Shown: positions 37,868-52,177, counted from the first letter of the stretch. The stretch: 62,163 bases of DNA from Octopus bimaculoides (GCF_001194135.2 NC_068985.1:93723687-93785849), one strand, 5' to 3'. The notes: generated by a model from the sequence alone, not told the origin. Numbers and translations: made by a program.

Positions 37868-38348
37868 CATATATACATACGCATATATACATACTTACAT
37901 CTATACGNNNNNNNNNNNNNNNNNNNNNNNNNNNNNNNNNNTATATATATATATATATGTGCATATGTGGGCACAGGACGTCATGTACCCAGCGTTGCTC
38001 GGTAAAGTATTCACTGAATTGTTCGCCATTTTGTAGAATGGGAATTCACAGTATTTATGCACGTATATATATTTAATCTAACTTCTGGGCTTGTTTAATT
38101 GGAACTATCCAAACAATAGTTATCAATTTACATGAGTAGAAGCTCTTTTTAACAATTTTTATCCTGAAAATCACCTGTTACTTTTGTTTTAAAGCGAAAG
38201 AGAGGAGAAAGTGAAAGATGTATGGACGTGTGTATGAAATGCACGTGTGTGTGTATATGTGTGAGAGAGAGAGAGAGGGAGAGAGAGAGGGAGAGAGAGA
38301 AAGAGTGTGCCACTTACACATACATAAGAACACACACATTCACTCACT

Positions 38349-38380
<32 letters not shown>

Positions 38381-39729
38381 CTCTCTCTCACACACACATG
38401 CACACGTACATACAAAAAGGATGCACGTATACGTATTGATGTATGTACGTATACATGACAACAGACCCCTTCACTCACTCTATCTTTCTTTCTCTCTCTC
38501 TCCTCTCTCTCTCTCATTCACACACACACGTCCATTTCACATACCCGTAATACATCTTTCACTTTCTCCTCTTTTTCACTTTAAGACAAAAGTAAATAAA
38601 TAAAGTTCTTTAAGGGAATTAACCAACTCCAGATGATGAATTCACATACACTTAAAAATATTTCTAAATGATTAAAATATTGTGTTCGTGAAAAAGTTGA
38701 CGGTTTTTTCTGTCTTAGAGAGCGCAAAGACTATGTTATATACGTTACAGATAGCGGACGTGTGTCTGTGTTGATTGACACGCCATGACATTCATTATAT
38801 GTGTGTGTTGACGTCAAGAAATAACAAAAATTGTGTTTAATCGTTTAAATAGAGGTCCAATTGTCACAAAAATTTGTATTGCTTTGCCGAAGGTATGTAA
38901 TGAAAATAAATATTCAAAAAGAGTAAGATAGAATGTACTATTTCTGATATATTTCAGTTACACATAACCATCCCCATAGTTTTAGTATTATCAAGATATA
39001 TGTATATATATTCATATGTGTATACATCTGCGCATCTGTGTGTACGATAATACGCACCAACGCACACGTGTGTGGAGGGATATGTGTGATGTATAGATGT
39101 ATGTATGTGTTTGTGAGTGTGTACGTGTAAACGAAAAAGTTTGAGTACATCGTATGCATACATTTAAGACAAAGAATCTAGCCTGTCTATAAATTTAACA
39201 ATTATTTCAGGGAATAAATCAATATAAACGGGTGACGTGTACTTTCATCTTGTGATTCTTCAGACTAAGTGAATATTTCATGAGAATCAGACTATATTTG
39301 TAGGAAACGAAATTTTCTTGAAAGAATACAGAGGCGGTGGTGGAGGCGGCGGTGGTGGTGGTGGTGGTGGCAGCGGTGGTTGTGGTGGTGGTTGTAATTG
39401 AAAAGTTTAGTGATTGGGAGGAGTTAAGAGCTTGGAAGTGATGGGCTGTAGATGAAGAAGGAAAGGTAGACGAGTGTTGTTGGGTATAGGGTTGATAGCC
39501 AAGGTTGTGCGGTGTGGATACGTGAGGGTAGATTGTCATGAAATATTTATGAAGAGCAACTATTTAGTAAAATGTGGTCAGAAAGGAGATTAAAAGCTGT
39601 GTAACGGGTGGTAGATGGGTTGGACTTTAAGTGGTCGATTCTAATTCATTTAGCAGATGAGCAAACAGTAGGCATAGGCTGGACTATGAATAGACGTATG
39701 AATAACAACTGTGGCCAGAATTCAAATAT

Positions 39730-40120
39730 AGGTGCAGGTGTGGCTGTTTGGTAAGAAGCTTGTTTGCTAACTACATAGTCCTGGGTTCAACCCCACTGAG
39801 TCACACCTTCACCAAGTGTCTCCTGCTATAGCCTCAGGCCGACCACAACCTTGCGAGTAGATTTGGTTGAAGGAAACTGTAAAAAGGCGACAAGTTGGCA
39901 GAAACGTTAGCACGCCGGGCGAAATGCCTTTCATCCTTTCGGGGTCGATAAATTAAGTACCAGTTACGCACTGGGGTCGATGTAATGGACTTAATCCCTT
40001 TGTCTGTCCTTGTTTGTCCCCTCTATAGTAGAAGACACTTGCCCAAGGTGCCACGCAGTGAGAATGAACCCGGAACCATGTGGTTGGTAAGCAAGCTACT
40101 TACCACACAGCCACTCCCGT
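39730..40120. mobile_element. CORE-like SINE (+), internally deleted Meta-like SINE (+), CORE-like SINE (-)
   Basis: Family motifs in succession; the Meta copy lacks the segment between gaaatgc and ctttcatcc. Confidence 0.75.
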
Positions 40121-40218
40121 CTGTATATTTTAAGAAGTTAGTGTTGATTTTAGGTAGATTTCAGTTATTCCAAGTTGACACAGTACTCATGTAGAGGCTC
40201 CATATTTATCTCGATAAA

Positions 40219-40870
40219 TCAAACCCAACGCTTCATTAACTCTTCAAAGTACCGTCATTTTGGCGCCCTGTCCATTTTGCAGCCCGACAGCTCCAGGTAC
40301 TTATTCATAAACAATGAGATTTCTGGTTTGAAAGCTACGAAACAAAAACCATCATTTACACATGAAAGGCAGTGATAACATTTCTCATTTACTTAAATGA
40401 AAATTTTGTGAGCTGTTATAAATCTCAACATTGAGAAGAAACGAATTAAATGCTTTGTGATATTGTTCAAGTATTTTCTTAAACGGCTACATTCGTGAAA
40501 TTGAATGCTACTTTTAAAAGACACTGCATTTATTTTTCTTGGTTTTCTTTTAATTCTGCAATCATATTCCTTTTAAACAAATTCATTATTTCAATAAATT
40601 GCTTCACTGAAACAACTCCCGACAAATCTTAATGACGTTGTTGAAGCTGTGTCATACGAAATAATTAAATTTTTAATTATTTGTTTAGAAATGTTGACGG
40701 ATACTACAATAACCTCTCGACATTACTCAAATAACGCTGCCTTGGAAGTTGGAATTTGTTTAAAGAGACTTGGTTATTTCTGGCGAGTAGTTAAAAGAGC
40801 TTTCATATTGATTTACTTCAGTTTCTCCTTTACAAGAGCAAAATACTTTGAAAAGTTTTCACACAATGTA
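40219..40870 (-). pseudogene. Decayed kinase-like frame (copy K3)
   Basis: One frame with about 7 stops: NFSKYFALVKE...SLFKQI...KPEISLFMNKYLEL...RYFEELMKRWV*. Confidence 0.25.
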
Positions 40871-41671
40871 ACGAAGCTTACAGAGAATTAACAGTAACTG
40901 TAGCAAAAAAAAAAACAAAAAACAAAAAAAAAATGTAGTCAGCAAATTACTGTTTATTTCAATTCAAATCTAACCCAAGATAAATTGAATGACATGGTTG
41001 AATCAGTTGAGATTCGTGCTCCGTATTTACTCTCTGTAATTTAATGAAGCTTTCCTCAAATTCTAACACACACATAAACACACGCATGCCACACACACAC
41101 ACACACACGTGTATATATATGTATGTAATGTATATATATATATATATATATATNNNNNNNNNNNNNNNNNNNNNNNNNNNNNNNNNNNNNNNNNNNNNNN
41201 NNNNNNNNNNNNNNNNNNNNNNNNNNNNNNNNNNNNNNNNNNNNNNNNNNNNNNNNNNNNNNNNNNNNNNNNNNNNNNNNNNNNNNNNNNNNNNNNNNNN
41301 NNNNNNNNNNNNNNNNNNNNNNNNNNNNNNNNNNNNNNNNNNNNNNNNNNNNNNNNNNNNNNNNNNNNNNNNNNNNNNNNNNNNNNNNNNNNNNNNNNNN
41401 NNNNNNNNNNNNNNNNNNNNNNNNNNNNNNNNNNNNNNNNNNNNNNNNNNNNNNNNNNNNNNNNNNNNNNNNNNNNNNNNNNNNNNNNNNNNNNNNNNNN
41501 NNNNNNNNNNNNNNNNNNNNNNNNNNNNNNNNNNNNNNNNNNNNNNNNNNNNNNNNNNNNNNNNNNNNNNNNNNNNNNNNNNNNNNNNNNNNNNNNNNNN
41601 NNNNNNNNNNNNNNNNNNNNNNNNNNNNNNNNNNNNNNNNNNNNNNNNNNNNNNNNNNNNNNNNNNNNNNN

Positions 41672-41709
<38 letters not shown>

Positions 41710-41944
41710 GTACATAATACATACATACATACACACACACACTCACATATATACACAGATAGATAGATAAATAGATAGATTGATAGACATGCATATATAG
41801 ATAGCTATATAGAGACAGATTACATGTACCAGTATATATATATGTTTGTGTGTGTGTGTGTATGTGTGTGTGTGTGTATAATCTGTCTCTGTCTATCACT
41901 CTTTCTTTCTCTCGAAGATGGGCGCATGTCTTGAGAAATTCTTT

Positions 41945-42995
41945 TTATCGCTGATTACTATCGACTCCCAGTTGCTATCTGGTTATTATTTTATCAACGC
42001 CACAAAGATGAAAGGCAGCGGATACATCGGTGGTATTCGAAATCAGAACGTAGAATGGCTTGACTAGATACAGCAAAGTATTCCATTCGACGCTTCACCA
42101 AATCTCCTAAGATGCAACCCTTCATATAATATGCATATTAGTCTTTGAAACGAAATGATTGCACGAGTGTAATAATAGCTTTTACGACATAGATCTTCAG
42201 TCCAATATTCACTGCTGCTATATCGTTGTATTACAATAATAGATTTAATTATATGCCACAGTTTAAAGCGAAAGTGGTATCGATATGAAAGACAAATTTG
42301 CCCTCGGCGGTAGTTGAACTCAGAATGGAAGAAACCGGAAGAATGCCGCTAAGCATTGCATCCGACGCCCTAACGATTCTTCTATCTCGCTTTCTTAATG
42401 AATTTTTACAGTTTTGGTTCAAAGCCAACAGTTTTGAAGGGAAGGGAAGTCAATCTTATAGTCCCTAAAACTCAACTTGTATTTACTGTATCTACCTCGA
42501 AAGGATAGAAGGTAAAGTCGACCTCAGCGGGATTTGAACTCGGAACATAAAAAGCCGGAGGAAATGCTACTAATAACCTGATCCAATAGCCGGCAGTGGC
42601 TCTCATGGCTTCTGGTCTTAACGGATTGGAAGTGCTATCATGTACATTGTTTTGTCTTAGTATACAAAGATAGGCTACAGCAAATATTCTGCTCCATAAC
42701 ATAGATTTGATTGTCAGTTGCTTGACCATAACAAGCTGAGCATGTCCCTTATTTATTTCTTTATTACCCACGGGGGAGGGGGGCTAAAAGAGAGGGGACA
42801 AACAAAAACAGATAAAGGGATTAAGTGGATTACATCGAGCTCAGTGCGTAACTGGTACTTATTTAATCGACCCCGAAAATAATGATAGGCAAAGTCGACC
42901 TCAGTGGAATTTGAGCTCAGAACGTAACGGCAGACGAAATAGCGCTAAGTATTTCGCCCGGCGTGCTAACGTTTCTTCCAGCTCGCTGCCCTTAT
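41945..42995 (-). mobile_element. Four Meta-like SINE copies or fragments
   Basis: Reverse-complement cores at about 41960, 42290, 42500 and 42850. Confidence 0.75.
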
Positions 42996-43029
42996 TAGCT
43001 GGGAATATGTGCATCTCTGGTTACGGGCA

Positions 43030-43375
43030 TGAGTGGGGGGGGGGGAGCAACATAGCCATGTGTTGAGAGGAATTCTTTGGATTTTGAATAGTTCACCTCA
43101 GGAAACATCGGTGTTTTGTTCATCATCCTTAAAGAACCCTTATTCAGGGACCTTTTGAACGGGATGGTCTACTCAAACTGAAGAAAATTCTAACTGGGCC
43201 TCACCTGCAAGGTCATGCGCTGTTTACCTTGATATGAGATCACCATGTCGTGCACATAAGGTTGTGATGCATGTTCCTAGTGTAACCTAATCAGACGGGT
43301 AGTCATGATGGGTATATTGGGTTTTGCATATTTGTGCCCCAGCGTCATTTTGATGGTATGCACTGCTCTCTCACT
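43030..43375 (+). mobile_element. Interspersed repeat family E (poly-G start, (AAT)n-associated 3' end; probable LINE 3' UTR or SINE)
   Basis: Homologous to 45900-46095(+), 36480-36588(-), 56890-57150(-). Confidence 0.7.
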
Positions 43376-46300
43376 CTATCTTTCTCTTCCTCACCTTCTC
43401 TCTCTCTATCTCTCTTTCTCTTCCTCTCCCCATCCCTCTCAATGAAATTAAGAATAAAAATGATAATAAAATAATAATACATAAACAATGACACACAAAC
43501 ATAGCCGTCGCAGACTTAATGCAGACACAAACATCAATATCACCGGACTAAGCGAAATAAGCTGTGCAGCATTTACTGTAATTACAGAAGACTCTAATTT
43601 CCTCATCAAATGTACTCCAATGGAAATATCAAAACCCAAACAAAAAACATAAAAACTAGAAAAAAAATATATATAAAATAATCTCCAAATATTTAATAGC
43701 AAAGGGTTATCGGAAAGAAAAAGATAGAAGAATACTAGAGTTTATAAGTCGCAAAGAATACGACGAAGTGCTAAGAAGAATTGATTCTTAGAACAATACA
43801 AAGAGTTCGATTTTTATAAAGAATTATGAGAATTTAAAATAGAAATTTTATATTTTATATTTTATAAATATTACGAAGCTTCGCTGTGGGTAATAGAAGA
43901 AACTTCTGCATTAATTCAATATATTTAATTTCTTCTGATTCAAGCTATGTGGTGCATAAAATACATACTGTAGATACATACGTATACATATATATCTATA
44001 TAGATATATATATATACACACATTGTATAATGTCTAAATATTTTTAGAAATAATATATTCATTCCTACTCTAGGCACAAGGACGGAAATTTTGGGGGAAG
44101 GGGGCCAGGTGATCAGATCGACTCCAGTACGCAACTGGTACTTAATTTATCGACCCCCCAAAGGATGAAAGGCAAAGTAGACCTCGGCGGAATTCGAACT
44201 CGTAACGGAATTCGTAACGGAATTCGGATCTAGTTCAAAACGGGGGCACCAGTATTTTCTTAACGAAACACTTTGAAACTTGAGACACTGGTAGAATGTG
44301 TCATATAAAACATCTTTTTCTCTTAGTCTTCTTAAGAAAAATTATTATATTGCAATTTATTTCATGTTAAAGTTGTCGTATTTCTGTAATTTCAACCAAT
44401 CACTGACGTCCATTCAGCCGAATACATTAAGTGCTGACTACGTAAACAAACGATTCTCAAACGATTCTGGCGGTGATAAAATTATTATTTCCTTGTCAAA
44501 AAATGGCTGAAGCATATTGGAGNNNNNNNNNNNNNNNNNNNNNNNNNNNNNNNNNNNNNNNNNNNNNNNNNNNNNNNNNNNNNNNNNNNNNNNNNNNNNN
44601 NNNNNNNNNNNNNNNNNNNNNNNNNNNNNNNNNNNNNNNNNNNNNNNNNNNNNNNNNNNNNNNNNNNNNNNNNNNNNNNNNNNNNNNNNNNNNNNNNNNN
44701 NNNNNNNNNNNNNNNNNNNNNNNNNNNNNNNNNNNNNNNNNNNNNNNNNNNNNNNNNNNNNNNNNNNNNNNNNNNNNNNNNNNNNNNNNNNNNNNNNNNN
44801 NNNNNNNNNNNNNNNNNNNNNNNNNNNNNNNNNNNNNNNNNNNNNNNNNNNNNNNNNNNNNNNNNNNNNNNNNNNNNNNNNNNNNNNNNNNNNNNNNNNN
44901 NNNNNNNNNNNNNNNNNNNNNNNNNNNNNNNNNNNNNNNNNNNNNNNNNNNNNNNNNNNNNNNNNNNNNNNNNNNNNNNNNNNNNNNNNNNNNNNNNNNN
45001 NNNNNNNNNNNNNNNNNNNNNNNNNNNNNNNNNNNNNNNNNNNNNNNNNNNNNNNNNNNNNNNNNNNNAAAAAAAAAAAAAAAAAAAAAAAAAAAAGATG
45101 AAAAATAAATCGGAGAAAAAAAAGTGTTAAAAAAAGAGATTTATTACATAAAGTATTTATTCCATCTATAATACATATGAAATATGATATATTCTACCAT
45201 AGACAACTCGATGCAAGTATAATACCTACTTAATTATATAACTACATAATATATATTATTACAGTCATTGAAAATGTCTAATGGTTAACGTATGCTTTGG
45301 CATTAAAGCTATTGTTAGTGCAGTCTACAGAGTTGCCCAAAGGAAGATATTCATACTTTTAAGTATGTGATTACTAATAATATCAAAGTAAATTATTGAA
45401 TATGTCTTCTCAGTAATAATAGTTATTATCATAGTAATGGCTAATTCACAGTTAATTAGTATAATTATAATTATTGCAGTGAATGTACGTATATAAATCA
45501 CTATTGTATTCGTCTGGTTACCGTAATCCATAAAATCTGTTATAATATTTATCATAACAGATATACTACAAAAAGAAGTAAGAAACGATGGCTAGAATAG
45601 ATAAGCTACATAACAGTAATACTCAGTATAGAAACATTAATTATAAATTCTAATAACTATATTCAAGCAGCGTAATTGATTATTTTGTATAGAATTGTGT
45701 ACATGCGAGCGCTGTAGGGACCAATGTTTATCGCGTTCGCTTACAACCTGACAGTTCTGGGCTCGAATCTCATTCGTCGTCATCTTACGCAATTATCATT
45801 TTCTTCATCCTCGTTTCGATTCATTTTTGCGTGGAATTACGCAGATAACTGTATAGAATCCTGCCAGACGGTGTGTAATTAACCTTGTCGCATACTATGC
45901 TGTGCTGGTAGCAACATAGCCATGTGCTGAGAGGAATTCTTTGGGGTTTGAATAATTCACCTCTGGAAACATCGGTGTTTTGTTCATCATCCTTAAAGAA
46001 ACCTTATTCAACGACCTTTTGAACGGGATGGCCTACTCAATCTGAAGAAAATCCTAACTGGGCCTCACCTGCAAGGTCATGCGCTGTTTACCTTGATATG
46101 AGATCATCATGTCGCGCCAGAATGAAAACGGAACCCTGGGTCTTTGAATGTTTATCTTAAACAATTATGAATGACGCTGTTGATATTCAGCTTCATCTCT
46201 AGATCAATATCTACAGGGAAAATGAGTCAGCGAACTGGCAGAATCGTTAGCATGCCGATTAAAATGCTTGGCGGTATGTCGTCCATCTTTACGATCTGAG

Positions 46301-46539
46301 TTCAAATTTAGTGGAGGTTAGCTTTTGCTTCTCATCTTTTCGGGGTCGATAAAATAAGTACCAGCTGGGTATTTGGGTCTATGCAATCGACTGACCCCTA
46401 CCCCCGAAATTGTTGGCCTTGTGCAAAAAAAGTTAAGATTCTACTCTATAGAAAGAAGACGGGAAAATATGCTAGGATATACATCTGGAAAATCCTGAAA
46501 GGACTTGTACCAAATTTTGGCATTAAGAGTTACAGATTC

Positions 46540-46760
46540 CTGTATTGCCGTTAGAAAACAGGGCCAGGTACTGTGTAAGCTTGGGTTTCAAGGGCCCACA
46601 GCTTTTCAATATTCTCTCAAAAAGCTTCAGAGACCTTCATGGAGTGGATTCAAAAGGGAACAGGCTCTCCTTCTGTCAAAGAACCTACCCCGCAGCATGA
46701 AAAATACAGATGAGGTCAAACAACATCAAACTACCTCATTCACCAAATGCCATATATCAG
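46540..46760 (+). mobile_element. CR1/L2-group LINE, ORF2 C-terminal remnant
   Basis: RYCVSLGFKGPQLFNILSKSFRDLHGVD matches the GPxLFNxLP..R.L C-terminal motif. Confidence 0.65.
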
Positions 46761-47559
46761 AGCAGGTTTCAAGTAGTACAACTGTTGCAAAGTTAACAGC
46801 GGTGCCCCAGCATGGCCGCAGCTCTCCAGTAGGAAGAAGAAGAAAGCGAATGCATGAAAATAAAGAAAGCAGAAAGATACATAGAGAGAGTACTTTTGGT
46901 TGGTTTAAAAGGCAAGGAAGTGAGTTTGACGCCTAGCCATAACTGAACTTTTCCAAATGAGTAAAAGATGTAAAATTGAACAGCTGTGGACTCATCTATA
47001 TATAAGTTTTTATTAGCACTTGTCACATTTTATATAGAAAGCAAACCAAACCTACAAGCTGTACAAATGAATTTCGACCGACATTGGTAACCAAAATTGT
47101 AATGAATAATAAAGAGGTTCCTAATAAAATCGCTTCTTGCAAGAAATTAGATTATTCTTTTAAACTTATAAATAAAATATGATAATACACGCAACAAATT
47201 GCAAAAGAGACTCACTCAAGCTTAATATAAAACTACTCTATATATAAACTTTTATCTTTTAACCCCGTTTTCTTTAGTCATTGGACCGTGGTCATAGTGG
47301 CGCGCCGCCTTGCGTGTATATAATATTACTTGTGTCAACTAAAATATTTATACTCTTTATAACAGGACTTTGTATTCATTGAAGGTACTAAAAGAAATTG
47401 TATATGCATTGAAACCTCCTAATGGTGCATAAAGTTATATAAAGCACATCAACTATAGATGAATTGTCAAAATGGCGGACAACATCATACAGCAAAAATT
47501 AGGAATGTAAAACCCAAGAAAACTTGAAAGAACAAAACGGGAATTTGTTCAAAGAAAAC

Positions 47560-48021
47560 TTGTTAATTAGATTGTTTATTTGATGATGTAGTACCTTTTT
47601 TGATGTGTGGATTTCGAGTTAATTGGTTAGCGGTCGTTAACCTTAATCGCTTGTGGTTGGCTGAAATCGAACCAGGAATACAAGATTTAAACCATTGGAA
47701 TCGCAACTGGTATTAAGCTCTGAGAAGAACTGTCAGTGAGCTAGTTCTTAAAAGAATATTTATTTGCTCATTGACGGTAGAAATAGCTTTTAGGGCTGCA
47801 GCAAAAGTTTTCTCCCAACAAATGTAGGGCTTACAATTGACAAGACTCGAAATATACTTTGCTTTATAAAATCCCCGTATCTTGATTAAGCAGATGATGG
47901 CTTCTGTGACAATTAGCTGTGGTGGTTTAGCTGTTGCTGATTGATTCAAATTTGTTGCAATGTCAAACAGGATTGAGAATGTTGTATACTTCGGCAGCTG
48001 GTGAACTACAGGATTAAGCAA
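47560..48021 (-). pseudogene. Kinase-like frame (copy K4) or unidentified exon
   Basis: 102 open codons (FSILFDI...QLIVTEA...KAKYISSL...AAALKAI), one stop, then 52 more ending RLTTANQLTRNPHIK. The frame also begins at a plausible acceptor. Confidence 0.25.
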
Positions 48022-48299
48022 CTAGGCAACAATACATAATAATCTAATTATGATGACAATAATGATGTTTCTAAGGCGTTATAACACATCCAGAAATGCT
48101 CTCTCGTTTTCTCTCTCTCTCACGTACAATGAATATGTTTCCCTAAAACGTAGCTAGACCTTACAGCTCTTGTCTACGCAGGAAGATAAGTAAGAAGAGG
48201 TGTAATGTTTATACTGTAAACGCTGGATCTTGGCGTAAGAATGGTCAGTAAAATCTTCACGGTGATGGTCATACTGGGAATGACAAAAAAATAAATAAA

Positions 48300-49345
48300 T
48301 AATCCTTTCTACTATAGGCACAAGGCCTGACATTTTGTAGGGAGAGGACCAGTCGATTATATCGACCGGAGTGTTTCGCTGGTACTTAATTTATCGACCC
48401 CGAAAGGAGGAAAGAAAAAGTCGACCACGGCGGAACTTGAACTCAGAACGTTGCGGTTGACGAAATACCAATAAGCATTTCGCCCGACTTGCTAACGATT
48501 CTGCCAGCTCACCCTCTTAAATAATAAAAATAATAATGATAATAATAATGATAATAATAATAATAATAATAATAATAATCCTTTCTACTATAGGCACAAG
48601 GCCCGAAATTTGTGGGGAAAGGGATATACGATTAAATCGAGCCCAGTATTTGACTGGTACTTAATTTATCGATGCTGGAAGGATGAAAGGCAAAATCGAT
48701 CACGGTGGAATTTGAATTCAAAACATAAAACACGGACCAAATACCACTAGGCATTTGGTCCGGTGTGCTGACCATTCTACTAGGTCACCGCCTTAATAAT
48801 AGTCCTTTCTACTCTAGGTACAAAGCCTGAAGTTTCGGGGGAGGGGATAAGTCGATTACATCGACCCATGACGGACGAAATGCCGCTAAGTATTTTATCC
48901 GGAGTGCTAACGATCCTGTCAGCTCGCCGCCTTAATAATAATAATGATGGTTGAAAATATTTGCACAAGGCCAGCAATTTAAGGGGAGAAGTTGGTTGAT
49001 CACATCGACTCCAGTGATAAACTGGTACTTATTTTATCGACCCCTTAAGTTTGAAATGAAAAGTTGACATCGGTGGAATGAGAACTCAGAATGAAATGAA
49101 ATGAACTGTAACAAATGACACAAAGATATTTTTTCCGGCGCTCTAACGATTTTGCCAACCTATTTTCTGATTTCGGTACATGGCAAATAATTAGAAAAGG
49201 CATTCGATTAACTCATGCAGTCTTTCGTTGTTGTGTGTTTTATTAATCTCTGAGGAATGAAAGGCAAAGTTGAATACTCTGGGCTTTTGTGCTAAGAAAG
49301 TTAACATCGAGTAGAAATACTGCCAGACATTTTGCCCGACTATGT
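48300..49345 (-). mobile_element. Head-to-tail run of five Meta-like SINEs separated by (AAT)n
   Basis: Repeated cctttctact-taggcacaaggcc...ggtacttaatttatcgacc...gaaaggcaaa...gaactcaga units. Confidence 0.8.
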
Positions 49346-49675
49346 CCAAGTGGCGCTCCGTCGGTTACGATGATGTGGGTTCCAGTCGATTCGATCAATG
49401 AAAGAACCCGATCGTGATATTAGCGTGCAAGTGGCTGAGCCCTTCGTAGACATGCGTAGACTTAACGTAGTTCTCAAAGAGATTTAAGATGACATAGAAT
49501 GTGAAAAGGCGGGCCTTTTGAAATACAGGTACAACTCATTTTTGCTGGCTGAGAGGACTGGAGCAACGTGAAATAAAGTGTCTTGTTCAAGGCCACAACG
49601 TGCCTTTAGGAATCGAACTCACAACCTTACGATCGTGAACCAAATAATCTAACCACTAAGCCGCTTGCCTTCACC
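49345..49675 (-). mobile_element. tRNA-SINE family D, full length
   Basis: Minus-strand A-box (ggcttagtgg) and B-box (gagttcgattcc) at 49605-49660; body matches 34590-34870. Confidence 0.8.
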
Positions 49676-50212
49676 CCGACACTGTAGTGATAACACCGAC
49701 AGCATCTGTACTGCAGAATGTACTGAGTAGTCTGTAGCAAATAAGACGTATCCTACACGGGCAGCATCACCAGAAAGCTCCACATCTGTATCAGAGGACA
49801 CAGGCTCGCATACACTTTAGTTAGCAAACACCTATTGAATTGCGCAGGACTTTACTATAATTATCACAACCATAGAACGCAACATAGGCAACCTTAGTAT
49901 AAAGACGGCTATATTCATTAAACAGAAAAGAAGATCACGAGATACACTGATTACTATAAAAACAACTGTCTCCTTATGTCTATTCGTTCCCACACATCCA
50001 AGCAAAGAAAACAGTTCTAAAACGTCTCCATAACTCTATGTATTCTGATGAAGCTGTTCTAACACCGAAATATTGGAGAAATACACTATTAACTACTGTT
50101 CGGTTTTCACTTCTGTAATTCCTCCATTCTGTATTGTTTTGGCCTTTTAACAAACTTATAATATGGTTTAATATCATACAATGCCTCAACCAAACAACTC
50201 TTTCTTAATACA

Positions 50213-50279
<67 letters not shown>

Positions 50280-50671
50280 NNNNNNNNNNNNNNNNNNNNN
50301 NNNNNNNNNNNNNNNNNNNNNNNNNNNNNNNNNNNNNNNNNNNNNNNNNNNNNNNNNNNNNNNNNNNNNNNNNNNNNNNNNNNNNNNNNNNNNNNNNNNN
50401 NNNNNNNNNNNNNNNNNNNNNNNNNNNNNNNNNNNNNNNNNNNNNNNNNNNNNNNNNNNNNNNNNNNNNNNNNNNNNNNNNNNNNNNNNNNNNNNNNNNN
50501 NNNNNNNNNNNNNNNNNNNNNNNNNNNNNNNNNNNNNNNNNNNNNNNNNNNNNNNNNNNNNNNNNNNNNNNNNNNNNNNNNNNNNNNNNNNNNNNNNNNN
50601 NNNNNNNNNNNNNNNNNNNNNNNNNNNNNNNNNNNNNNNNNNNNNNNNNNNNNNNNNNNNNNNNNNNNNNN

Positions 50672-50716
<45 letters not shown>

Positions 50717-51094
50717 CGTATATATTTATATACCATATATATATAGTATATAGCATATACATATATACATATATACATATTGTATATATTTCTACATATA
50801 CGTATATTTGTATATACTTACATATACATATCTACACTTCTTGTTGATTTCAACTCATTCAATTATACATACACACACACATATATATATGCATATGTGC
50901 AAAACTATACATGCATATATGCATATATGTATTTGTATTTATATATGTATATATATGCATATATATGTATATATATGCATATATATGTATATGTGCATAT
51001 ATTTAAATCTTCATACATATATATGTGTGTGTGTGTTTGTGTATATATATGTATATAACTATATGTACACACACACACACATGCACACACACAT

Positions 51095-51135
<41 letters not shown>

Positions 51136-51145
51136 NNNNNNNNNN

Positions 51146-51210
<65 letters not shown>

Positions 51211-51977
51211 GTGCAGAGATCGAGACAGGAAGACAGAAAGGTGGAAAGATAGCAATGTGTTAGTGAGATATCTGGCAGTATGAAAGCAAACTAATATTTG
51301 AACATTTAAACACCGTTGTGAAGTTTACTTTGACAAACGAACATACGCTACTGTTATTCTTCTCCCTCTCACTCTCTCTCTCTCTCACACACTCGCACAC
51401 ACACACACACACACATACACACATACATACATACACAAATGCATGCACACACATTCACACATATACACAACACAAGCATGCGCATAAATACACACGCACA
51501 CACATAATTAGTAAAAAAATAATTCAGAGAAAAAGAAAGACCTTATGAACAGAAGAAAATACAGAATGTAAATAAAAAAATATAACGACACAAAAACAAA
51601 TGGAAATGTTAAAGAAACTAAGTATATAATGGAAGCAACATTTTTTCCCCGTTTCCAAAGAAATTTTTTGTGTTTCATCAATAGGGAGAAGATAGGCAAT
51701 TCTTATTAAACGCCTGCTGACGTGAAGAATGCTGAATGGCTAGGCTAGTATGATGAGTTCGTCTCAGCTGGTTGACGTTCTTTGTTACTTCTCAACTTCG
51801 TTACTGAAGCTACTGTGATATTGTTACTTGCTGCCCATTATAATTATTATTCTTATTTTCCAGGAGACTTTATTTTATTGCGTGCTTTCATTATACAACT
51901 CAATGCAACTCCGTATGCCTTGGATCCCTTGGTTTGTTTAGTATTCGTTTTGTCATATTTATATATATATATATATA

Positions 51978-52142
51978 TTTTTTCTTTTTCTCCGTGTTTT
52001 TCTCCTTGTCTCCGTATTCTTTCTGTTGAAGAGCGTAGCTCGAAACGTCAAAGACTTTCCGTATTCCCGAGCGTCATACTAATATATACTTTTGTTATTT
52101 ACACCACCTGTCCTCGTCTGTTGTTATTATTTGTATATTCTC

Positions 52143-52145
<3 letters not shown>
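51978..52145 (+). mobile_element. (TA)n-flanked Penelope-type segment with hammerhead-like motif
   Basis: TCTTT-CTGTTGA-A-GAGC GTA GCTC-GAAA-CG-TC-AAAGA at 52018-52054. Confidence 0.65.

Positions 52146-52177
<32 letters not shown>

Noticed and set aside
46505-46936. 143-aa plus ORF
   Set aside because: Off-frame read-through of a CR1-type remnant and a SINE fragment.
47470-47510. AAAATGGCGG (YY1-like) with MADNIIQQKLG as a gene start
   Set aside because: Single short motif, no CpG-rich promoter context, no linked exon.
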